IMG/VR virus record: IMGVR_UViG_3300025016_000030
Span: 1 to 24,377 of that record
Origin: a virus
Taxonomy: Duplodnaviria > Caudoviricetes
DNA: 24,377 nucleotides
Reading direction: 5' to 3' (one strand)
Both the position numbers and the translations under genes were made by a program. The notes under the pieces are model-generated. The model did not search any database and was not told the DNA's origin. It saw only the letters and a program-made list of their open reading frames with translations. How positions within the stretch are numbered: position 1 is the stretch's first letter; each line of letters opens with the position of its first letter. Positions 17,754 to 24,377 of the stretch are shown here, piece by piece.

Positions 17754-18035
17754 ATGAGCATTATTGACACAAACCAAATCGTCATGCCAAATGATCCAGT
17801 CGTTTTGAAAGCAATTAAGGATGCTATGCAAGAGGCATCTGCTGCATACACTCGCATCGAAGGCGAACGTGATTTTCTTAAAGAGCTTTTTGCTAATCTT
17901 GCTGAAGGTTCTGAACTCCCAGCTAAATATCTGAAGAAAATGTCGCGGATTTATCATGCGCAGAATTTGGATGCAGTTTCAATCGACCAAGAAAACATCG
18001 TTGAATTGTACCAAAAAGTATTCCCAACCGAATAA
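17754..18035 (+). CDS. dsDNA-binding protein, T4 DsbA-like
   Basis: Helical 93 aa, EAS...RIEGERDFLKE...KMSRIYH pattern. Confidence 0.55.
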   Translation: MSIIDTNQIVMPNDPVVLKAIKDAMQEASAAYTRIEGERDFLKELFANLAEGSELPAKYLKKMSRIYHAQNLDAVSIDQENIVELYQKVFPTE

Positions 18036-18197
18036 ATGAAAATTATGAATGAAGTAAATTTTAATGTTGAAAAAAATGACGGTGGATTCGTTGTCTATGT
18101 TGCTAATGTAGATGGATCCACCCGGAAAATTGTGCGAAAACTTTCTGAAGTTATTGCTCTGCTAAAAACCACATTGGCAGATAAAGTAGAAGAATAA
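18036..18197 (+). CDS. Small hypothetical protein (53 aa)
   Basis: MKIMNEVNFNVEKNDGGFVVYV...EE*; abuts the previous stop and precedes a terminator. Confidence 0.55.
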   Translation: MKIMNEVNFNVEKNDGGFVVYVANVDGSTRKIVRKLSEVIALLKTTLADKVEE

Positions 18198-18214
18198 CTA
18201 CTTGATAAAACAAG

Positions 18215-18237
18215 AATGGCTTCGCGAAGCCATTTTT
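18215..18237 (+). terminator. Rho-independent terminator
   Basis: aatggcttc-gc-gaagccatt-ttt. Confidence 0.75.
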
Positions 18238-18238
18238 A

Positions 18239-18267
18239 GTTTACAAAGCATTCTATTGTGATAGAAT
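18239..18267 (+). promoter_or_regulatory. T4 early-type promoter for gp43A
   Basis: GTTTACA-N16-TAGAAT. Confidence 0.7.
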
Positions 18268-18290
18268 TAATTATTAATACGTGAAAATAT

Positions 18291-19751
18291 ATGGCCTTAA
18301 TTTATACATCAGTCGAACAAAGATTTAATAAGATTTACTTCCGTGGATATAAAGACGGAAAACGTGTGCAAACTGCAGATGCGCAGCATAAACCAACTCT
18401 ATATGTTCCCGGTCAATCAACCGAATACAAATCTCTGTTTGGTGAAAGTTTAACCGAGATTCAATTTAGTGACATTCGAGAAGCCCGAGATTATGTAAAA
18501 TCTTATTCTGATGTTATGAAAATTCACGGCAATGACCGATATGAATATGACTTTATACATCGGAATTTCAGAGGTGAACTTAATGTAGAATTATCAGCTC
18601 TTTCACTTCTATATTTGGATATTGAAACGACTACGGGTCATGGGGCAATTGACACTAGAAACGCTCCAGAGACTGTTCTTCTTATCTCATGTTATTCCAA
18701 TAAGCAGGCAAAAATGGTGACGTTTGGCATCGAACCAAGCAATGCCAAGGGTACTGAGTACATTCAATGTACAGATGAAAAGGATTTACTGCTTAAATGG
18801 ATTAATTATTGCATTGAAGTTGATTTTGACATTATGTCTGGTTGGAATGTCGTTCAGTTTGATATGGCATATTTGGGTTCTCGAATCATCAAACTGCTTG
18901 GTCAACGAGCACTTGATCGTCTGAGTCCGTTTGGTCACGTAGATGCTAAATTGGAAACAATTATGGACCGTGAATATCTTAGATATGAAATTTCTGGTCG
19001 TACGGTACTTGACATGTTGGATCTTTACAAGAAGTTCAGATTCATTAATCGTCCAAGTTATAAACTTGGCTATATTGGCCAGGTTGAAATTGGTGAAAGT
19101 AAAACCGAGAACAAATACAAGTCGTTCAAAGAACATTATGAACTTGGTTGGAATGACACGGCCGAAGGCCCTGATGGTTTTGTTTCTTATAATATTCAGG
19201 ACGTAAATCTTCTTGTTAAACTTGAGGACAAACTTGGCCTAATTTATTTGGCTGTAACTCTGGCATATTTGACTAAAGTAAATTACTCGGATGTTTATTC
19301 ACCTGTGAAAACTTGGGAATCATATATTCTTTCTACTCTATATGAGGAAAATGTATTCTGTCCAATAAAAAAGCATCATTCGTCTGATCACCAAATTGTT
19401 GGAGGTTTTGTGAAAGATGTTGTTCCAGGCTTGTATAAGTGGACCGGTGTATTGGATGCTACATCACTATATCCAAGTTTTATTATGTCACTGAATATGT
19501 CGCCAGAAACTATTGTTGACATGGTGGATGGAATTTCTATTGATACACTTCTCAACACAGATATTAGTAATGAATCTGATTATGCTCTTGCTGCTAATGG
19601 TTCTCGTTATCGAAGAGATATTCGGGGTGTGATGCCACGGCTTACTGAATCTATGTTCGGTAAACGCAAGGCAGCAAAGGATGAAATGCTACGTTTGAAA
19701 CGTGAATATGAAAAAGTTCATACAGAAATGGTTAAAAGAGGTTTAGCGTAA
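18291..19751 (+). CDS. 43: DNA polymerase gp43, part A (N-terminal and exonuclease domains, motif A, first fingers helix)
   Basis: DIET (ExoI), GWNVVQFD (ExoII), YNIQDV (ExoIII), GGFV, DATSLYPS (motif A), KRKAAK; stops in the fingers domain. Confidence 0.95.
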   Translation: MALIYTSVEQRFNKIYFRGYKDGKRVQTADAQHKPTLYVPGQSTEYKSLFGESLTEIQFSDIREARDYVKSYSDVMKIHGNDRYEYDFIHRNFRGELNVELSALSLLYLDIETTTGHGAIDTRNAPETVLLISCYSNKQAKMVTFGIEPSNAKGTEYIQCTDEKDLLLKWINYCIEVDFDIMSGWNVVQFDMAYLGSRIIKLLGQRALDRLSPFGHVDAKLETIMDREYLRYEISGRTVLDMLDLYKKFRFINRPSYKLGYIGQVEIGESKTENKYKSFKEHYELGWNDTAEGPDGFVSYNIQDVNLLVKLEDKLGLIYLAVTLAYLTKVNYSDVYSPVKTWESYILSTLYEENVFCPIKKHHSSDHQIVGGFVKDVVPGLYKWTGVLDATSLYPSFIMSLNMSPETIVDMVDGISIDTLLNTDISNESDYALAANGSRYRRDIRGVMPRLTESMFGKRKAAKDEMLRLKREYEKVHTEMVKRGLA

Positions 19752-19763
19752 TAGTCATATTAT

Positions 19764-19792
19764 TTTACATTCAACATCTTTTGGTTTAAAAT
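19764..19792 (+). promoter_or_regulatory. T4 early-type promoter for the second gp43 ORF
   Basis: TTTACA-N17-TAAAAT, followed by SD GAGGT at ~19803. Confidence 0.65.
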
Positions 19793-19815
19793 AGTCCTAA
19801 TAGAGGTAATAAATT

Positions 19816-19933
19816 ATGAATAGTAATTCTAGCGAGTTTTCATCATTGACTGATGAGCAGTTAATGCAGTTAGCTCATAAACTAAAATCCGATTCAGCTA
19901 GATTCGGGGTTCTTCAGTTAGCAATTAAAGTGT
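19816..19933 (+). CDS. 43: gp43 part B, exon 1 (not in ORF track)
   Basis: MNSNSSEFSSLTDEQLMQLAHKLKSDSARFGVLQLAIKV: first half of motif B (Q.A.K); SD GAGGT. Confidence 0.88.
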
Positions 19934-20179
19934 AAACAACTGCACCTTTATGTGGCGACACATAAAGCAAACCATGTGAATTCGGTGAAACTCCAGAACG
20001 GACAATACCGAGCCAAGCCCAGCAATGGGAAGGTGTAACGACTATTCCGAAAGGAAGTACAGACAAGTGTCTGGAAGTGCATGGCATCTCTATGAGATGA
20101 TGAGATAGTCTGATCTATATGGGAACATATAGCTGGGTCTTCCCGGAGTTAGAATAACAAACTAATTCGAACACATATG
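19934..20179 (+). ncRNA. Group I self-splicing intron, 246 nt, ORF-less, IA2-like
   Basis: 5' exon ends in U pairing with G in P1 (GUGU|A...UGCAC); P2 ctttatgtg-GCGA-cacataaag; P aattcggtgaaa; Q aataccgagc; P7 GACTA(20040)/TAGTC(20106); P3 ccatg/catgg; P7.1, P7.2, P8 and P9 hairpins; terminal G. Removal restores KVSLNSLFG in frame. Confidence 0.93.
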
Positions 20180-20724
20180 CGTTAAACAGCCTCTTTGGTG
20201 CTATGGCCAATAAATATTTTCTATTCTTTGATAATCGAATTGCAGAAGGTATTACGACCACCGGCCAATATGCAATTCAAGCAGTATCACGAACAGCAAA
20301 TGCTTACATGTCTAAAATCTGTAAGAAGGAAATGGATTATGTTGTCTATAATGATACCGATAGTTGCGTCGGGTCTAGTCTTGTCTATGTAAACGACAAA
20401 CAGATCCCAATCGAAAAATTATATGATATGTTTTCAGATTATACTAAATATGATCCAGAAAATCAAAATTTTGTTAAACCTACTGTTGGCATTACTACGA
20501 AATCATTCAATACAGAAAAAGAACAAATAGAAACAAAACAAATAAAATATGTTATGAAACATAAGGTTAAAAAAGAAATGTTTCGTATTACTTCGGAAGA
20601 TGGAAATTCCGTTGTAGTTACAGGTGATCACTCAGTTATCGTTCGTAGAAATAATGCTTATACTTCTATTAAACCAAAATATATAGTTGAAGATGACATT
20701 ATAATTACGGCGCAATTAAAATAA
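20180..20724 (+). CDS. 43: gp43 part B, exon 2, ending in split intein IntN (20362-20721, 120 aa)
   Basis: LNSLFGAMANKYF...AEGITTTGQ...YNDTD|SCVGSSLV (block A)...VTGDHS (block B). Confidence 0.92.
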
Positions 20725-20728
20725 AAAC

Positions 20729-20758
20729 TTTACAAAATGGTGAGAATCTGATTATAAG
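20729..20758 (+). promoter_or_regulatory. Possible promoter between the split-intein halves
   Basis: TTTACA-N18-TATAAG; weaker match than the others. Confidence 0.4.
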
Positions 20759-20801
20759 AAAGATAAACTTTCTACAATTTTAAAATGTACGGACAAAATA
20801 A

Positions 20802-21731
20802 ATGAATTATATAACAGGAAAATGCAAAGTTGAATCTCTTGGTATTCAAGAATTAGATGTATATGATATTGAAGTAGAAGACAATCATAATTTCTTTGCA
20901 AATAATATTCTGATCCACAATTCTCTCTGTGTCTGTTTTGATAATCTAGTTAAACTTTCACCTAAGAAAATGGACGACAATGCCTCAGCCGATTATATTC
21001 TTAAATTTATTAAGGATTTCCTTGGTAAGGAATTAAACAAATCTACTGAGGCTATATCGGCTCGGCTAAATTTTTATGAAAACAAACTTTACTTCAAACC
21101 AGAAGCTATTTCTTCAACTACTGTGGTTCTCGCCAAAAAGAGAAACTGTCAGAAAGTCATTGATAATGAAGGTGTTAGATATGCAGAACCAGAATACAAA
21201 ATTACTGGTATTGAAACTAACAGATCATCAACACCAGACTTAGTTCGTGAATGGCTTACTAAGGCAATTCAGATTATTTTAGATACAACCGACCGAGATA
21301 CTCTGTTAGCATATGTAGATGAATGTCACAAAAACTTCCATTCATATTCTGTAGAGGAAATTTCATTCCCCCGTGGTGTGAATAATATGAAAGAATATTC
21401 CGATGTAAATGCAATTTATGCAAAGGGTTGTCCAATTGCAGTCCGAGCTGCTCTTTTATATAACAACCAGATCACAAAGTTGAATCTGACAAATAAGTAT
21501 GAATTAATTAAAGAGGGTGACAAAATCAAATATGTAGCACTCATCGAACCCAATACACTTCGGGAAAATATTATCGGATTCACGGACAAACTACCAGAAG
21601 AGTTTAATCTTCATCGGTACGTTGATTATGAGACTCAATTTTCCAAGGCTTTTTTAGATCCATTAGTAAAAATAATGGATGCTCTGAACTGGAAGTTAGA
21701 GGAAGAGAACAGCTTAGATTCATTCTTTTGA
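20802..21731 (+). CDS. 43: Split intein IntC (40 aa) fused to gp43 C-terminal palm/thumb
   Basis: VYDIEVEDNHNFFANNILIHN|SLCV, AKKR, GIETNRSSTP, GDKIK, C-terminal clamp-binding SLDSFF. Confidence 0.94.
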   Translation: MNYITGKCKVESLGIQELDVYDIEVEDNHNFFANNILIHNSLCVCFDNLVKLSPKKMDDNASADYILKFIKDFLGKELNKSTEAISARLNFYENKLYFKPEAISSTTVVLAKKRNCQKVIDNEGVRYAEPEYKITGIETNRSSTPDLVREWLTKAIQIILDTTDRDTLLAYVDECHKNFHSYSVEEISFPRGVNNMKEYSDVNAIYAKGCPIAVRAALLYNNQITKLNLTNKYELIKEGDKIKYVALIEPNTLRENIIGFTDKLPEEFNLHRYVDYETQFSKAFLDPLVKIMDALNWKLEEENSLDSFF

Positions 21732-21759
21732 TTAAGGAATATGATATGAATATAGTTTT

Positions 21760-21870
21760 ATGACTCAAACACAAAAAATTCTCTTCATGGAAGTATTGGA
21801 ACTTTTGCATGAAAGAAGAATGCTTACAAAAGATCTTTATGTGCTAAGACTTGGCACCCCAGCAATTTAA
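21760..21870 (+). CDS. Possible 36-aa ORF
   Basis: MTQTQKILFMEVLELLHERRMLTKDLYVLRLGTPAI* fills the gap before uvsX; no well-placed SD. Confidence 0.25.
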   Translation: MTQTQKILFMEVLELLHERRMLTKDLYVLRLGTPAI

Positions 21871-21884
21871 CTAAGGAAACTAAA

Positions 21885-22958
21885 ATGGCTACTAATTCAT
21901 TAATGAAAAAATTATTAAAATCTACTAAGATTAAAGACGCAGCAATTTTTTCTGATTCAATTCTGTTCAATGAGAAAGAAATTATTCAAACCGAGGTGCC
22001 AGCAATCAATATTGCTTTATCGGGAGATGTGGATGGTGGACTGCGCCCAGGTCTTACTAGTATTGCTGGTTTTAGTAGGCACTTTAAAACTAGTTACGCC
22101 CTACTGATGGCCTCGGCATATCTCAAAAAGCATGAAGATGCTACTTTGCTTTATTATGATTCGGAATACGGAGGAGAAACAATGCTTAAGTCTTTTAACA
22201 TTGATCCAACTCGTGTTCTGCATATTCCAATTATGAATATTGAAGAATTTAAATTCGATATTATGCAAAAATTGGATAATGGGAACGAAGATGGTATTAA
22301 ACGTGGTGATAAAGTTTTTATTTTAGTCGACTCTATTGGAAATTTAGCATCAGTGCGCGAGGCAAAAAATGCAGTAGAAGAAAACTCTGCTCAGGACATG
22401 ACGAGGGCAAAAGAATTAAAATCAGTTTGGAGACTTATCACACCTCATTTATTGACAAAGAATATTCCCATGGTCGTGGTCCAGCACGTATATGAAGAAA
22501 TGAAAATGTTTGGGAAAACTATTATGAGCGGCGGCCAAGGTGGTTTGCTTTCTTCCGATAATGTTTGGATTATTGGTAGATCTCAAGATAAAGAAGGAAC
22601 AGAATTATTGGGGTACAATTTTACTATCAACGTAGAAAAATCTCGGTATGTAAAAGAAAAATCAAAAATACCAATTACTGTTAGATTTGATGGCGGCATT
22701 TCTAAGTACACAGCAATTTTAGATATGGCGCTGCTCGCAGGAGAAGTAATAAAGCCCAAAAATGCTTGGTACCAATTGGTAGATAAATCAACCGGTGAAC
22801 TTATTGGTAAAGCCGTAAGAGAAAAAGATACTCAGTCCGAAGAATTTCTTGGTGTGGTATTAAAACGAGATTCATTTAAAACGTGGGTTCGAGAAAAATA
22901 TCAACTGGGTGCAATGCAAGGCTTACAAGAAGCAGAAGAAGAACTAGCAGCCGAATAA
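21885..22958 (+). CDS. uvsX: UvsX RecA-like recombinase
   Basis: INIALSG, AGFSRHFKT, YDSEYG, DSIGNLAS, DMTRAK, MSGG, NVEKSRYVKEKSKIP. Confidence 0.96.
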   Translation: MATNSLMKKLLKSTKIKDAAIFSDSILFNEKEIIQTEVPAINIALSGDVDGGLRPGLTSIAGFSRHFKTSYALLMASAYLKKHEDATLLYYDSEYGGETMLKSFNIDPTRVLHIPIMNIEEFKFDIMQKLDNGNEDGIKRGDKVFILVDSIGNLASVREAKNAVEENSAQDMTRAKELKSVWRLITPHLLTKNIPMVVVQHVYEEMKMFGKTIMSGGQGGLLSSDNVWIIGRSQDKEGTELLGYNFTINVEKSRYVKEKSKIPITVRFDGGISKYTAILDMALLAGEVIKPKNAWYQLVDKSTGELIGKAVREKDTQSEEFLGVVLKRDSFKTWVREKYQLGAMQGLQEAEEELAAE

Positions 22959-22971
22959 GATTGTACTTCCT

Positions 22972-23004
22972 GGGCCGGTATGTTATAATATAACATACCG
23001 GCCC
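22972..23004. repeat. Perfect 16-bp inverted repeat centred on a -10 box
   Basis: gggccggtatgttata-a-tataacataccggccc; TTGTAC(22961)-N17-TATAAT(22984). Confidence 0.9.
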
Positions 23005-23020
23005 TTATTAGCTTTAATAC

Positions 23021-24377
23021 ATGAAACCAGAACAATTAATCTTTTCTCAATTACTCTCTAATGAAGAATACGTAAGAAAAACGTTTCCGCACATCAAGGA
23101 AGAGTATTTTTCGTCCCCCGAGGATAAGAATCTATTTAAAATCTATACTCGGTATTTTCAGAAATACAACAAAATACCAAGCAAACAAGCAATGAGAATT
23201 GAGATTGAGAATCTCAAAGGATCAAAGTCGGTATATGATGCACTTATAAGTGTATTAGATTCTACGGAAGAATTTAAAGAAGATTTAGAATATCTGGTAG
23301 AAGAAACAGAGAAATTCTGTAAACAGCGAGCAATTTTTAATGCACTGAGAGAATCAGTTCTTATTGTAGACGGGCAGGATAAGAATAAGACTACAGATGC
23401 TATTCCTTCTATACTGCAAGAAGCACTTTCAATCTGCTTTAATACTTCGGTTGGACACGATTATATCGAAGAAGCAGATGCACGTTATGATTACTATCAT
23501 TTGAATGAAGCAAGAATCCCGACTGGGTTTAAAATCTTTGATGAGATTACACGAGGTGGATTTCCTCGTAAAACTTTAAATGTTCTATTGGCGCCACCTC
23601 ACGGCGGCAAATCTTTAATCATGACCAACTTTGCCGCAGGCGCACTTACCGCTGGCTATAATGTGCTGTATATAACGATGGAGATGGCCGAGTTTGAAAT
23701 TGCCAAACGGATTGACGTTAACCTAATGAATGTTGATTTTGATACGCTTGAGTCGATTTCTAAACCGGTGTTTGATAACAAATTCTCTCAGGTAATTACT
23801 TCATCAAAGGGTAAACTTCGCATTAAAGAATATCCAACCGAAGGTGCGCATGCTGGACACTTCAGGGCTCTACTTGAAGAATATAAGACAAAACAAAACT
23901 TCGTCCCAGATTTAGTGATTGTTGACTATATGTCAATTTGTTTATCTGAACGACAAAAAGCAGGATCCGGAGCAAATTCTTATACTATTGTAAAAAGTAT
24001 TGGTGCCGAACTTCGCGCTTTGGCTATTGTCAATAATTTTGCATGTATTTCTGCTATTCAGACAAACAGAGCCGGTATTTCAAATAGTGACGTTGGGATG
24101 GAAAATGTTTCAGAAAGTATTGGTGTAGCGGCTATAGCAGATTGGCTTTGCGCAATTATTAATACAGATGAACTCAAGCAACTTAAACAGATTATGTGTA
24201 AGCAGATTAAAAATAGGTATCGAAATGTAGATGAACCAAATAAGTTTCTCGTTGGAGTTGATTATGGCAAAATGCGCTTGTTTGAATTAGAAGAAAATAA
24301 TTCTAAAGTAAAACCACAGACACAACTTATGAAGAAACCCCCAAGGATCGAGACGGCAAACGACACATTATCTGATG
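23021..24377 (+). CDS. 41: Replicative DNA helicase gp41 (runs off window end)
   Basis: MKPEQLIFSQLLSNEEYVRK..EYF, APPHGGKS Walker A, YITMEMAE, IKEYP, VDY, QTNR, SES, KNRY; absent from the ORF track because no stop is in the window. Confidence 0.95.
   Translation, partial: MKPEQLIFSQLLSNEEYVRKTFPHIKEEYFSSPEDKNLFKIYTRYFQKYNKIPSKQAMRIEIENLKGSKSVYDALISVLDSTEEFKEDLEYLVEETEKFCKQRAIFNALRESVLIVDGQDKNKTTDAIPSILQEALSICFNTSVGHDYIEEADARYDYYHLNEARIPTGFKIFDEITRGGFPRKTLNVLLAPPHGGKSLIMTNFAAGALTAGYNVLYITMEMAEFEIAKRIDVNLMNVDFDTLESISKPVFDNKFSQVITSSKGKLRIKEYPTEGAHAGHFRALLEEYKTKQNFVPDLVIVDYMSICLSERQKAGSGANSYTIVKSIGAELRALAIVNNFACISAIQTNRAGISNSDVGMENVSESIGVAAIADWLCAIINTDELKQLKQIMCKQIKNRYRNVDEPNKFLVGVDYGKMRLFELEENNSKVKPQTQLMKKPPRIETANDTLSD

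Noticed and set aside
20203-20724. ORF-track start at 20203 and the alternative ORF 20195-20392
   Set aside because: The frame extends upstream to the 3' splice site (LNSLFGA), so ATG 20203 is internal. The other frame has no recognisable content.
18291-21731. gp43 fragments as a pseudogene, sequencing error or stop-codon recoding
   Set aside because: Each break has a specific explanation (promoter plus SD, intact intron core, intein termini), catalytic motifs are intact, and TAA, TGA and TAG all end ordinary genes in this window.
336-21810. Short antisense or out-of-frame ORFs in the track (e.g. 336-533, 2109-2291, 4932-5147, 9878-10117, 14584-14958, 18786-19136, 21604-21810)
   Set aside because: They lie within well-supported genes and have no motifs or SD; treated as shadow ORFs.
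21885-24377. Inteins or introns in uvsX or gp41
   Set aside because: Both read continuously with normal motif spacing within the window.

Overview
AT-rich window from a T4-like (large myovirus) phage genome covering the DNA replication module: 3' end of gp32 SSB, phoH, a PD-(D/E)XK exonuclease, ClpP-like protease, a lone minus-strand DinG helicase, a ~0.7 kb ORF-free structured region, a nucleotide/sugar cluster, then gp45-gp44-(MTase)-gp62-regA-hsp20-gp43-uvsX-gp41. Two things stand out. (1) The replication genes are heavily fragmented. The gp43 DNA polymerase is in three separately promoted ORFs: an intein-free break in the fingers domain, a 246-nt group I intron inside motif B (its 5' exon is too short for the ORF track), and a split intein at motif C. 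The gp44 clamp loader is a second split-intein gene with a GIY-YIG homing endonuclease between the halves. (2) A TAGT-like glycosyltransferase sits with two small paralogous proteins, a UDP-glucuronate decarboxylase and a UDP-glucose dehydrogenase, which suggests a UDP-xylose-based (possibly DNA) glycosylation system. All calls come from motif recognition by eye; no searches were run.
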